Assembly: GCA_028708215.1 (NCBI GenBank)
Contig: JAQVZL010000002.1
Coordinates: forward strand, 1,605-65,604
From: Bacteroidales bacterium
GTDB taxonomy: Bacteria; Bacteroidota; Bacteroidia; Bacteroidales; UBA932
DNA: 64,000 nucleotides
Direction of reading: 5' to 3'
In this document: piece after piece, positions 9,327 through 18,764 of the stretch
Position numbering within the stretch: the stretch's first letter is position 1
Layout: each line of letters begins with the position of its first letter
Translations under genes and position numbers: made by a program
Notes under the pieces: model-generated
The model's input: only the letters and a program-made list of their open reading frames with translations
The model's database searches: none
What the model was told of the DNA's origin: nothing

Positions 9327-10430
9327 TTAAAGCCAACCTGCTTTTTTAAAAATTTTTTCCATCTCAAATGCTGTCTTCTCTCTATCTCTATCATTTCTAT
9401 TTGAGAATACAAGATATAATATCTCTTGCTCTGGATATCTACCAGCAAAAATTTGGAATCCACCATTATCTCCAGTGTGATATACTTTTTTAGGATAATC
9501 TGGTTTTTGCTCAATATACCAGCCATATCCATAATAGTTATATGGAGTCTCTTTTATCTCTATTTGAGGTGAGTGGGCCTCATCTTTAGACTTCTGAGAA
9601 ATAAATATATTTTCTCTTATAGCCTTTTCCCATTTAGAAAATTCTCTAACAGAGGTGTAAAGACCGCCATCTGCTTTAGAAGCAAAAAAAGACTCCTCGC
9701 CGTAGTCAAACTCGTCATACATATTAGTCTCCTTATTAAATAGGTAACCATGAGCCATGCGAGGGATAAATTTATCTGCTTCAAAATATGTTGCCTCTTC
9801 CATTCCAGCTGGAGTGAAAATTTTCTCTCTCATAAATTGATCGAATTGTATTCCAGATGCTCTTTCAATAATTGTATACATGAGCTGGAAAGTTGGATTC
9901 ATATATTCATAATCTGTTCCAGGTTCAAAGTTTAGTTTTTCTAATGTAGAGATATAGGAATAAGATTCAACATCTGTAGATGTTAGCACAAAGTTTCTAT
10001 CTGATCTATCACGAGAGTCTGGAATTCCAGATGTGTGAGAAAGAAGGTGCTTTAATGTGATCTTTGACATTAGTGGAGACTCAAATTCGGGGAACCACTT
10101 TTCTACAGTATCGTCTAATGAGAGTTTACCCTCCTCTGCCAGCATCATAAGTGCAACTGCAGAAAATTGTTTAGATACAGATGCAATACAAAAAAAGGTA
10201 TTTCCATCTATAGGTGTCATTTTTTCCATATTGGAAATTCCATACCCTTTCTCAAAAATTATGGAGTCTTTTTTCATAATTAGAACTGCTGCTCCAGGTT
10301 CATTTTCGGGGTATAATTGGGTAAACATTTCATCACATTCTGCAATAATTTTATCACTCTTACTAGATTGATTGGTACAGCTACTTAGCATAATACAAGT
10401 TATTAATATTAAATGAGTTAATCTTTTCAT
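9327..10430 (-). CDS. Serine hydrolase, beta-lactamase/transpeptidase-like (class C/esterase-like) lipoprotein
   Basis: 367 aa. Lipobox-like LSSC after a signal peptide, and an S-x-x-K motif (ASVSKQF). Confidence 0.75.
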   Translation of the reverse strand: MKRLTHLILITCIMLSSCTNQSSKSDKIIAECDEMFTQLYPENEPGAAVLIMKKDSIIFEKGYGISNMEKMTPIDGNTFFCIASVSKQFSAVALMMLAEEGKLSLDDTVEKWFPEFESPLMSKITLKHLLSHTSGIPDSRDRSDRNFVLTSTDVESYSYISTLEKLNFEPGTDYEYMNPTFQLMYTIIERASGIQFDQFMREKIFTPAGMEEATYFEADKFIPRMAHGYLFNKETNMYDEFDYGEESFFASKADGGLYTSVREFSKWEKAIRENIFISQKSKDEAHSPQIEIKETPYNYYGYGWYIEQKPDYPKKVYHTGDNGGFQIFAGRYPEQEILYLVFSNRNDRDREKTAFEMEKIFKKAGWL

Positions 10431-10476
10431 GGTTTTGAGAATTAAGTTAAGTAATAATTATGTTTCATGATATAAC

Positions 10477-11775
10477 CTATCTGTTATATTGTTTGGAGGT
10501 CAAGGTATTAGCTTTGAGTTCTTTTTGTATGATTTTTCTAGTAAAATTAAGTGCCTCAGAAGAAAATCTAATTATATTTCTCTCTCTATCGCCAAAGAAA
10601 CGAGCTTCCATTGAGTATGTTCTACTAGGCCCGGCAACAGCAATCCAAATTGTTCCTACCGGTTTTTCTTCTGTGCCCCCAGTTGGGCCTGCTATACCTG
10701 TAGTTGCTATTGCAAAGTCGCTATTAAAGATTTTCTTAGCTCCTTCTGCCATCTCTTGAGCGCACTGTTTGCTTACAGCTCCATGATTTTTTATAGTCTC
10801 TTCCTTTACATTTAGAGAAGAAACTTTAACGTGGTTGCTGTAAGAGACAATTCCACCGTTATAGACTTGCGAAGATCCAGGGATAGATGTAATAAGAGAA
10901 GAGATTCTTCCTCCAGTACAAGATTCAGCTACAGATATTTGATATCCATTTTCTCTAAGTTTCTTAGAAACTACACTTTCAAGAGTATCGAAATCTTCTC
11001 CATAATAGAGCTCCTCTGTAAGTAGTGATTTAAGCTCTTGAGCATATAGCTTAACTCTTTTCCTAGACTCCTCACTATTACCATTATATACAGAAAGTCT
11101 TAATCTTATTCCTATAGCTGGGTTAGGTAGATATGCCAATTTAATATCCTTAGGCAAATTATCTTCCCAGTCGTTTAGAAATTCTGCTAGAGTAGATTCA
11201 GGTATTCCGTATGTTGCTATTGTCTTATGAGATATGCTTTCTAAATTAAATTCGCTGCTAATAATTTCTTCTACAGAGGGTAGGAGGTTTTCCATCTCAT
11301 AAGGAACACCTGGTAAAGAGAATAGTAAAGATTTCTTGTTGCTTTTTATGCTAAATACCATTCCAGGTGCCGTCCCTTTTTTATTAGGAATAACATTGCA
11401 ACTATCTGGAACCATTGCTTGATCTCTGTTTAAATCTGAAACAGGAATTCTTCTTCTGGTAAATATCTCTTCTATGTATTTATATTGCTCTATGCTAAAA
11501 ATATAACCAGAAGCACCAGTAAGCTCTGCAAGTGCTTTTTTTGTAATATCGTCTTTTGTAGGACCTAAACCACCAGTAACAATAACTATTTGAAATTTTT
11601 GTACTAGCTCTTGTAGGGTAGAAACTATTTGATTGTATTCATCTCCAATAGATATAATAGTATTAATTTTAACACCTATACTATTTAACTCTTTAGATAT
11701 TTGTGCAGAGTTAGAGTCTACTATTTGTCCAATTAGTATTTCGTCGCCTATTGTGCATATACATGCTTCAATCAT
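10477..11775 (-). CDS. cinA: CinA family protein (competence/damage-inducible; MoCF-binding N-domain plus nicotinamide-nucleotide amidohydrolase PncC domain)
   Basis: 432 aa. N-terminal IGDEILIGQIVDSNS and TGGLGPTKDDITK; C-terminal ESCTGG...ATTGIAGPTGG, typical of the PncC domain. Confidence 0.85.
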   Translation of the reverse strand: MIEACICTIGDEILIGQIVDSNSAQISKELNSIGVKINTIISIGDEYNQIVSTLQELVQKFQIVIVTGGLGPTKDDITKKALAELTGASGYIFSIEQYKYIEEIFTRRRIPVSDLNRDQAMVPDSCNVIPNKKGTAPGMVFSIKSNKKSLLFSLPGVPYEMENLLPSVEEIISSEFNLESISHKTIATYGIPESTLAEFLNDWEDNLPKDIKLAYLPNPAIGIRLRLSVYNGNSEESRKRVKLYAQELKSLLTEELYYGEDFDTLESVVSKKLRENGYQISVAESCTGGRISSLITSIPGSSQVYNGGIVSYSNHVKVSSLNVKEETIKNHGAVSKQCAQEMAEGAKKIFNSDFAIATTGIAGPTGGTEEKPVGTIWIAVAGPSRTYSMEARFFGDRERNIIRFSSEALNFTRKIIQKELKANTLTSKQYNR

Positions 11776-12827
11776 GATTTTAAAGAGTGATTTAAATATT
11801 TAAGAATTTTTTTAACAAAGCCTGGTCCATTATATATAAAGCCTGTATATATTTGTACAAGAGAAGCGCCCGAGTTTAACATCTCCTTGGCTTGTTTAGG
11901 AGTCATAATGCCTCCTACAGCAATAATAGGAAGCATTCCTTTGGTCTTATAAGAGATATATTTAACCATCTCTTTACTTCTACTGAATAAAGGGGTGCCG
12001 CTTAAGCCACCATCACCTATTGATTCTACTTTTTCTGAACTTGTTTTTAGATCTTCTCTTTTAGTAGTTGTATTTGTGGCTACAACTCCATCTATACCAG
12101 AAATGAGCATAAGATCAATTATCTCATCTAGTTGCTCATAAGTAAGATCTGGAGAAACTTTAAGTAAAATTGGCCTATATTCATCGTAATATCTTCTAAG
12201 AGTAGATACTCGGTCTATTATTTGGGATAATTGAGTAATGTCTTGTAGTTTAGTTATATCCTTAACATTAGGGCAAGAGACATTTATAACAAAATAATCT
12301 ACAAAATCATATAGTTGTGCAAAGCTCTTTTCATAGTCTAAAGGTGCTTTTTCATTGGGAGTAGAAGTGCTTTTAATTATATTTGCTCCAACAATAAGAG
12401 ACGGGTTCCTATTTTTAAGTTTTGAGACAGCATATTTTACCCCTTTATTATTGATTCCCATTCTATTGATAATTGCTTTATCTTCTACTAATCTAAAGCA
12501 TCTAGGTTTTGGGTTACCCTTCTGTTCTGCAGGTGTAATTGAACCTATCTCTATAAACCCAAAACCCATATTACCAAGTTGGTTAAATACTTCACCATTT
12601 TTGTCGAAGCCTGCAGCAAGCCCCACTGGGTTTGGGAAAGTTAGCCCCATAATCTCTTTCTCTAACTTAGGTGCTTTATAGCCATAAAACATTTTAATTA
12701 TCCAATCCGAAAAGGGGATAATAGCTATAAACTTGAGTAATTTTACAACTATGTTGTGAGCTACCTCTGGAGAAAAGGCAAAAAGAATAGGTCTTATAAT
12801 TTTAAACATTATTCCACGATATTTCAT
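11772..12827 (-). CDS. pyrD: Dihydroorotate dehydrogenase (quinone), class 2
   Basis: 351 aa. N-terminal membrane-association helix, GLAAGFDKNG, IEIGSITP, NVSCPN and GGLSG motifs. A 4-nt ATGA overlap with cinA suggests coupling. Confidence 0.9.
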   Translation of the reverse strand: MKYRGIMFKIIRPILFAFSPEVAHNIVVKLLKFIAIIPFSDWIIKMFYGYKAPKLEKEIMGLTFPNPVGLAAGFDKNGEVFNQLGNMGFGFIEIGSITPAEQKGNPKPRCFRLVEDKAIINRMGINNKGVKYAVSKLKNRNPSLIVGANIIKSTSTPNEKAPLDYEKSFAQLYDFVDYFVINVSCPNVKDITKLQDITQLSQIIDRVSTLRRYYDEYRPILLKVSPDLTYEQLDEIIDLMLISGIDGVVATNTTTKREDLKTSSEKVESIGDGGLSGTPLFSRSKEMVKYISYKTKGMLPIIAVGGIMTPKQAKEMLNSGASLVQIYTGFIYNGPGFVKKILKYLNHSLKS

Positions 12828-12848
12828 GCAAATATAACAATAATAAGA

Positions 12849-13331
12849 TTACTTATCTTCTTGAGGGTAGTACTCTATAAAAGTGTTGTCTGAGTAGAAC
12901 ATTAATACCTTCTTAAGAGTCTTGTTTTTGTTGGTATCTGCACGTTCGTTTTCAAATAATGAATTCTCAGAGGGATGTTCTTCATTAAGATTAGGCTTAG
13001 TGGTCTCATTTTCAGTAGAGAAAAGGGTGTTGGATTGATTTTTCTCTTGCTGTGAATTAATGCTATTTTCAATATGAGTGGCAAAAGAGTCTTTATAGAC
13101 CTTCCCTTTTCCTGTAATAAGCCAATCTGAGTTTAAAGAGGGGAACTTTGTTAGTAGTTTATTAATAAAATCAAAACCTGGCTTATTTCTTCCAGAGAGT
13201 ATATGTGACAAACCAGATCTCTGAACCTCTAATATATCTGCAAGCTTTGCTGGAGTAAGCTGCTCTAGGTCTAAAAATTGCTGTAAACGGTCTTTCATTT
13301 TTGTAAACTTTATTTCTACAAATGTAATCAT
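12849..13331 (-). CDS. XRE/Cro-type helix-turn-helix transcriptional regulator with a low-complexity C-terminal tail
   Basis: HTH segment TPAKLADILEVQRSGLSHILSGRNKP followed by FINKLLTKFPSLNSDWLITGKG. A second in-frame ATG at 13298 (MKDRLQQFLD...) is an equally or more plausible start than 13331. Confidence 0.7.
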   Translation of the reverse strand: MITFVEIKFTKMKDRLQQFLDLEQLTPAKLADILEVQRSGLSHILSGRNKPGFDFINKLLTKFPSLNSDWLITGKGKVYKDSFATHIENSINSQQEKNQSNTLFSTENETTKPNLNEEHPSENSLFENERADTNKNKTLKKVLMFYSDNTFIEYYPQEDK

Positions 13332-13337
13332 TTATTT

Positions 13338-13377
13338 GGTTACACTTGTAATCAATGCAGAGTTTACGAATGTAACC
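13338..13377. promoter_or_regulatory. Two 16-bp palindromic operator-like sites (GGTTACACTTGTAATC 13338-13353; GTTTACGAATGTAACC 13362-13377) just upstream of the HTH gene
   Basis: Both have a TTAC-N4-GTAA core. They share the consensus GkTTACAnnnGTAAwy with two further sites at 13700-13750. Confidence 0.4.
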
Positions 13378-13699
13378 ACAATAGATAGTAAATTGGACTA
13401 AACTAATGGCAATCATTGGATAGAAAAGTATTAGATTAAAATAGTTCCCTTCTTAACCTTTAATCAAAATAAATACATTATAAAATTGATTATTAAGCAG
13501 ATACTCTAAGTTTCTCTCTATTTACTATAGATTATGGCAGTTTATAGCCAACTTCTACAAAAAACAACTAAAGAAGAGTTTAAGTAATGCCCATAATAAG
13601 CTGGCTTATAAGTCTCACAGCTTTTAATAGATATAGCCTATTAGACTAAAACTAACTTCTTAGAGTAGAGTTACAAATCAAACAAATTAGGTACAATTT

Positions 13700-13750
13700 A
13701 ATTACATATGTAACCTGTATAGTTTAGATATGTGAATTACATATGTAAAC
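13700..13750. promoter_or_regulatory. Two near-identical 16-bp palindromic sites (AATTACATATGTAACC 13700-13715; AATTACATATGTAAAC 13735-13750) upstream of queA
   Basis: Perfect 12-bp palindrome TTACATATGTAA occurs twice, 35 bp apart. It is the same motif family as the sites at 13338-13377. Confidence 0.4.
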
Positions 13751-13793
13751 TAAGTTGATTGGTTAATTATTTTATTCTTTTGGCATATTTATA

Positions 13794-13801
13794 TAGTTTT
13801 G
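13794..13801 (+). promoter_or_regulatory. Candidate -7 box TAGTTTTG for queA
   Basis: Matches TAnnTTTG. It overlaps the TTG that opens the tracked ORF, which argues that the real queA start is the downstream TTG (13811) or GTG (13817). Confidence 0.3.
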
Positions 13802-15037
13802 CAAAAATATTTGATTGTGGAGCCTATTATAAAGATTAAAGAGTATACCTATCTTCTACCCGAAAATAGAATTGCAAAATTTCCACTTGAGCAGAGAGAC
13901 CTTTCTAAGATTTTAATATTTAGGGACAATATTATTACAGAGAATAAATTTTCAAACCTAGATAAGCTTTTACCAAATGGCTCATTAATGATATTTAACC
14001 ATACCAAAGTACTCCCTGCTCGCTTACTATTTAAAAAAGAAACTGGTGCACATATAGAGATATTCTGTTTAGAACCTCATAATCCTATAGAGTATAACCT
14101 CTCATTTAATTCAAAAAAAACTTGTAGCTGGGTAGCAGTTGTAGGCAATGCAAATAAGTGGAAATCAAATGAAATCTTTTTTGACATAGCTAATCATAAA
14201 AATCTCAAAGAGATAGATTTAAGAGCTACACTAGAAGGTAAGATAGATAGTAAATTTATTGTAAATTTTTCTTGGAAAGGAGATTATTCATTTTCAGAAA
14301 TTTTAGATTTATGTGGGAAAGTTCCTATTCCTCCTTACCTTAATAGAGACTCTGTAGATGAAGATAAAGAGAGATATCAAACACTATATGCTAAAATTAA
14401 AGGTTCTGTAGCTGCTCCAACGGCAGGCCTACACTTTTCAGATAGAGTTCTTTCAAATATAGATAAAAGGGGTGTAGAGAGAGAAGAAGTTGTTCTGCAT
14501 GTTGGTGCTGGTACATTTGTTCCTGTAAAATCAGAAGAGATTAAAGATCATAAAATGCACTCAGAACCTTTCTCATTAACTATAGATCTTCTTGAAAAAT
14601 TATTGAAGCAACTAAAGAAAAAAAGACCTATAATTGCAGTTGGGACTACAACAGCAAGAACTTTAGAAAGTCTTTATTGGCTTGGTATTCAATGTTTAAA
14701 TAATGGGTCTCCTGGTAATATAACTCAATGGGAGCCATATAATGATACTAGAGAAATATCTGTAGAAGAGTCTCTTACCTATTTGATTAGTTGGATGAAA
14801 AAAAATAGAGTAGATATTTTAGAGAGAAAAACAGAAATTATAATAGTACCTGGATATAAGTTCAGACTTATAGACATACTTATTACCAATTTTCACCAAC
14901 CTCAAAGCACTCTATTACTGCTTATTGCAGCATTTACTGGTGAAAAATGGAAAAACATATATAATTACGCCTTATCTAATGAATTTAGATTTTTAAGCTA
15001 TGGAGATAGCTCAATATTATTTAGAACCTCTACCTGA
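13799..15037 (+). CDS. queA: S-adenosylmethionine:tRNA ribosyltransferase-isomerase (queuosine biosynthesis)
   Basis: YTYLLPENRIAKFPLEQRD N-terminus, AAPTAGLHF, HVGAGTF and TNFHQPQSTLL motifs. There is no in-frame ATG near the N-terminus, so initiation must use TTG or GTG (13799, 13811 or 13817). The exact start is uncertain. Confidence 0.85.
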   Translation: MQKYLIVEPIIKIKEYTYLLPENRIAKFPLEQRDLSKILIFRDNIITENKFSNLDKLLPNGSLMIFNHTKVLPARLLFKKETGAHIEIFCLEPHNPIEYNLSFNSKKTCSWVAVVGNANKWKSNEIFFDIANHKNLKEIDLRATLEGKIDSKFIVNFSWKGDYSFSEILDLCGKVPIPPYLNRDSVDEDKERYQTLYAKIKGSVAAPTAGLHFSDRVLSNIDKRGVEREEVVLHVGAGTFVPVKSEEIKDHKMHSEPFSLTIDLLEKLLKQLKKKRPIIAVGTTTARTLESLYWLGIQCLNNGSPGNITQWEPYNDTREISVEESLTYLISWMKKNRVDILERKTEIIIVPGYKFRLIDILITNFHQPQSTLLLLIAAFTGEKWKNIYNYALSNEFRFLSYGDSSILFRTST

Positions 15038-16786
15038 GTTTAGATAAATGAGCTTTAAAACTTTATGAGCCCAACTAGATAGCATAGGCCCAGATTTTAG
15101 CAAATTAGGGACTATATTATTTATCTGTTTAACAGCAATTGTTAAATATCTCTTATTTCCTGTTATTTCATACAGAGAGAGTAGGTTTCCTGCCATAATA
15201 GAGTTTGCCGAGGGTTTTATTATATCTATATTAGATTCTCTCTTGAAAGGAACTGTATCCATAGCTCTATTAATCTCTTTTTCAGACTTACTAAACATTC
15301 CATTACTAGGCTTATAAAACTTCTCAATAACAAAATCGCAATATTTTTCTGCCATTATTAAGTATTCTTTCTGTTCTTCTACTTTATAGAGTTCAATTGA
15401 TGCTTCAATAAAGTGGGCATAATCAGAAAGATAGCCAGTTAAATAATTTTCTTTAAAACATGTATAGCGGTAGAGTCTATTATCTGTTTTATCTATATTA
15501 TTAGTTAATATAAATTCAAAAATATCAATAGCTCTTTTATAGAGCGAACTATCTTCCAGATAAATTGAAGCTCTTGCTAAGGAAGAGATAGCAATTGCAT
15601 TTGAAGAAGAGATAGCTCTTATATCTTTAAAGTAGCCCCTATGCTCTTTTCTTCTAGATTTTAACATCTCAAGTTCATCTTTAGATATTACAGTATAGGT
15701 CTCTTCACTTCTTATAGGTAATTGCTTTTTTTTCTTATTTAAAGTTACATCCATACCTAGTGCAATAGCAATCTCTATATATCTTTCAGGAAAAAGGATA
15801 GATAACTCATTTATAGACCATAAGTAGTAAACAACATCTTCTAATTTTCCAGTAATAGTAGTTGCGTTTATTAGTCCACTCTTTTTGTTGCTTAATTCAT
15901 AAATTATGTAGTTGTATGTCAAATATGCTGTTTGGCTATAACTTTCTTTCCCAAAGAGTTTATAAGCAATTGAGTACAGCAATAAAAAGTGGCTGTTTAC
16001 CTCTAATGTTTTTTCGTAAAGTGCATGATTGCAAGAATAGTCTGTGGCTTGTTCAAAAAAGCCACCATCTATAGGGTCGAATAGTGCAGAGAATTGGAGG
16101 TGATCTAATATGTTTTCAATTGTAGATAAGTATTTAATGTCGTTATTATAATACAAATACTCAATAATAGTTAAAAGACTAGAGGTGTTTGGTGTAAAAG
16201 GTTTAAGTTTGTATATAAAATCATTTATATACATATTTTCAAACCAAATATCTAGATATTTCTTTAAAATATTGTGAGTAATTTCAGATTCACTCTCTAC
16301 ATTAGATATAACCCCAGTATATATTGCTCTTTCAGATAAAGTATCTGATAAATGTTCTAACTTTTCTCTTTTTTCGCTCTTAGCAAGCAGTAGAGAATTT
16401 GCCAACTCTATAAAATGCTCTGTATCACAGTCTGAAAAAGCTATTATTGGTTTTCTATTAGGCATAATAAAAATGTTCATTGGCCCATAGGAAAAGTCTT
16501 GATTCAGAAAAAGAAGGTCTAAAGCAAGTAAAAAAGATTCTGGCCTATCATTTTTATCTTCTACAATAGCAATGAAATTTTCATTTAAAATGGTTTGTAC
16601 CTCTTTATTAGAGAAGAGTGCCAAGGAAGCTTCTCTAATAGCTATATTACTCACATAGCCAATATGGAGAAATATAAGTTTATCTTCTCTTTGAGCTTTA
16701 TCTAAAAGCTTAGGAGTTAAAGATAAAGACCAATTAATATCTTTTTCGAAAAGTAATTTTATATATGGAGAGCAGGTTTTGAACAT
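15017..16786 (-). CDS. DUF255 / YyaL-like thioredoxin-domain plus (alpha/alpha)6-barrel protein, with a degenerate thioredoxin motif
   Basis: 589 aa. N-terminal KLIFLHIGYVSNIAIREAS...NENFIAIVEDKNDRPE aligns with the family's IGYSTCHWCHVM...VKVDREERPD, but lacks the Cys/His residues. The rest is helical-repeat rich. The 3' end overlaps queA by 21 nt. Confidence 0.65.
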   Translation of the reverse strand: MFKTCSPYIKLLFEKDINWSLSLTPKLLDKAQREDKLIFLHIGYVSNIAIREASLALFSNKEVQTILNENFIAIVEDKNDRPESFLLALDLLFLNQDFSYGPMNIFIMPNRKPIIAFSDCDTEHFIELANSLLLAKSEKREKLEHLSDTLSERAIYTGVISNVESESEITHNILKKYLDIWFENMYINDFIYKLKPFTPNTSSLLTIIEYLYYNNDIKYLSTIENILDHLQFSALFDPIDGGFFEQATDYSCNHALYEKTLEVNSHFLLLYSIAYKLFGKESYSQTAYLTYNYIIYELSNKKSGLINATTITGKLEDVVYYLWSINELSILFPERYIEIAIALGMDVTLNKKKKQLPIRSEETYTVISKDELEMLKSRRKEHRGYFKDIRAISSSNAIAISSLARASIYLEDSSLYKRAIDIFEFILTNNIDKTDNRLYRYTCFKENYLTGYLSDYAHFIEASIELYKVEEQKEYLIMAEKYCDFVIEKFYKPSNGMFSKSEKEINRAMDTVPFKRESNIDIIKPSANSIMAGNLLSLYEITGNKRYLTIAVKQINNIVPNLLKSGPMLSSWAHKVLKLIYLNSGRGSK

Positions 16787-16792
16787 TTATTA

Positions 16793-16800
16793 TATATTTG
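16793..16800 (+). promoter_or_regulatory. Candidate -7 box TATATTTG for the acyl-CoA ligase gene
   Basis: TAnnTTTG match 27 nt upstream of ATG 16827. Confidence 0.3.
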
Positions 16801-16826
16801 TTGCTAGACAAAAGCATATTTAAATT

Positions 16827-18677
16827 ATGAAAAAAAGGACAATAATTAATCTCTTTGAAGAGTCGGTTGCTAAGTATTCAAATAAAACTTTGCTTCTTGA
16901 AAAGTTAGAAAATGAGTTTATACCAACAACCTATTCTACCTCCAAGGTAATCGCAGAACAAATTGGAGCAGGGCTTTGTTCAATAGGCTTTAAGAAGGGT
17001 AATCATGCTTCAATCATATCTGAAGGAAGAAATTATTGGATTTTAGGTGAATTAGGAGTTTTTTATGCAGGAGGTATAAATGTTCCTGTTTCAATAAAGA
17101 TTGAAGAGAGTAGCGATCTTCTTTTTAGATTGAACCATGCTCAGGTAGATACTATTTTAGTCTCTTCTAGGCAACTCCTTAAAATTAGAAAAATTAAGGG
17201 TGAGCTAAAGTTCCTTAAACAGATAATTGTCTTTGATAAAATGGACTCCTATGAAAACGACGAAATATTTATAGAGGAGCTAATAGAGAAGGGGAGAGAA
17301 TATTTAAAAGAGAATAGAGCCACTTTTTCTAAAATAGCAGACTCTCTTACAAACGAAGATTATGCAACAATTACATATACTTCTGGTACTACAGCAGACC
17401 CTAAAGGTGTGATTTTAACTCATAGGAATTACACTGCAAACGTAGAGCAGGCACTCACCTGCGTATCTATACCGCCAGATTGGAGAATGCTTATTATATT
17501 GCCTTTAGACCATTGTTTTGCACATGTTGTTGGATTTTATATAATGATTGCTACTGGTTCTGTTGTTGCAACTGTGCAAGTTGGAAAAACAGGGCTAGAT
17601 ACTCTTAAGAATATACCTATTAACATAAAAGAGATTAAGCCAAATATACTTTTATCTGTCCCAGCCCTTGCAAAAAGTTTTAGGAAAAGTATAGAAAATA
17701 GTGTTAAGTCTAAAGGCAAGAGTGTTCAAAGTCTATTTAATATGGCCCTAAAGGTATCTTATAGTTATAATAAAGAGGGCTGGAACAGGGGAAGTGGGTT
17801 CTCCTTTATATTATATCCTATAGTTAAGTTGGCCAATAAATTAATTTTCTCAAAGGTTAAGGGAGAGATGGGAGGTCATCTAAGTTTTTTTGTTGGTGGC
17901 GGTGCTCTGCTAGATATAGAGATGCAGAAGTTTTATTATGCACTAGGTATCCCAATGTTTCAAGGCTATGGCCTTTCAGAGGCAACGCCAGTAATTTCTA
18001 CCAACACACCTAAAAAACACAAATTAGGTTCTTCTGGTATACTTGTTTCTCCTATGGAGCTAAAAATTATAGACTCTCAAGGGAGAGAGATGGAGCCAGG
18101 AGTATCGGGAGAGATAATTATTAAAGGAGAAAATGTGATGGCTGGATATTGGAAAAATGAGCAAGCTACTTCAGAGACAATAGTAGATGGGTGGCTACAT
18201 ACCGGCGACCTTGGATACTTAGATAAAGATGGCTTTCTCTATGTAAAAGGGAGGTATAAATCTTTACTTATCTCAAGTGACGGAGAGAAGTTTTCTCCAG
18301 AAGGAATAGAGGAGGCAATATCTGGCAATTCAAGTTTAATTCAGCAAATAATGCTTTACAATAACCAATCTCCCTATACTATAGCAATAATTGTAGCAGA
18401 TAAATCTAAATATAAATCAAAAGAGTTGGTAGGTGCAATTCAAGCAGAACTTTCAAGATATAAAAGTGGTGGAGATTTGGCAGGTCTGTTTCCAGAGAGA
18501 TGGCTCCCATCTACCTTTATTATAGCTCAAGAGCCATTTACAGAGCAAAATAGAATGATAAACTCTACAATGAAAATGGTTCGTTCAAAAGTAGAGGAGG
18601 CATATTCTAATCAAATTAAGTATGCTTATACTCCTGAAGGTAAAAATATCTATAACAAACTTAACCTAGAAGAGTGA
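16827..18677 (+). CDS. Long-chain fatty acid--CoA ligase (AMP-forming, ANL superfamily)
   Basis: 616 aa. AMP-binding signature ITYTSGTTADPKGVILTH, plus GYGLSEATP and TGDLGYLDKDGFLYVKGRYK motifs. Confidence 0.85.
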   Translation: MKKRTIINLFEESVAKYSNKTLLLEKLENEFIPTTYSTSKVIAEQIGAGLCSIGFKKGNHASIISEGRNYWILGELGVFYAGGINVPVSIKIEESSDLLFRLNHAQVDTILVSSRQLLKIRKIKGELKFLKQIIVFDKMDSYENDEIFIEELIEKGREYLKENRATFSKIADSLTNEDYATITYTSGTTADPKGVILTHRNYTANVEQALTCVSIPPDWRMLIILPLDHCFAHVVGFYIMIATGSVVATVQVGKTGLDTLKNIPINIKEIKPNILLSVPALAKSFRKSIENSVKSKGKSVQSLFNMALKVSYSYNKEGWNRGSGFSFILYPIVKLANKLIFSKVKGEMGGHLSFFVGGGALLDIEMQKFYYALGIPMFQGYGLSEATPVISTNTPKKHKLGSSGILVSPMELKIIDSQGREMEPGVSGEIIIKGENVMAGYWKNEQATSETIVDGWLHTGDLGYLDKDGFLYVKGRYKSLLISSDGEKFSPEGIEEAISGNSSLIQQIMLYNNQSPYTIAIIVADKSKYKSKELVGAIQAELSRYKSGGDLAGLFPERWLPSTFIIAQEPFTEQNRMINSTMKMVRSKVEEAYSNQIKYAYTPEGKNIYNKLNLEE

Positions 18678-18734
18678 TATAATTTCATTATGTAAGTAGG
18701 TTAATATTTGTAAGGATAGATTGTTAATATTTTT

Positions 18735-18742
18735 TAACTTTG
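18735..18742 (+). promoter_or_regulatory. Candidate -7 box TAACTTTG for the acyltransferase gene
   Basis: TAnnTTTG match 23 nt upstream of ATG 18765. Confidence 0.3.
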
Positions 18743-18764
18743 TTTTTTAACAATATTATTTATA

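Noticed and set aside
9305-9532. 75-aa minus-strand ORF overlapping the 3' end of the serine hydrolase gene in another frame.
   Set aside because: It sits within the better-supported 367-aa ORF and the terminator region, and has no motifs.
13534-13649. Two tiny plus-strand ORFs in the long intergenic gap (17 aa MAVYSQLLQKTTKEEFK and 20 aa MPIISWLISLTAFNRYSLLD) joined by a TAATG stop/start overlap. Considered as a possible small-peptide or type I toxin pair.
   Set aside because: They are too short and there is no supporting promoter or conservation evidence. Such ORFs are expected by chance in AT-rich DNA. Mentioned only as a target if transcription is detected there.
13338-13750. Invertible-promoter (inverton) interpretation of the palindromic sites flanking about 350 bp.
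   Set aside because: There is no tyrosine or serine recombinase gene in the vicinity. The sites are individually palindromic, so inverted versus direct orientation is undefined. Kept only as a secondary hypothesis inside the operator finding.
18720-18754. 8-bp inverted repeat ATTGTTAA ... TTAACAAT upstream of the acyltransferase gene.
   Set aside because: It is short, AT-rich and overlaps the putative -7 box. It is not distinguishable from background composition.
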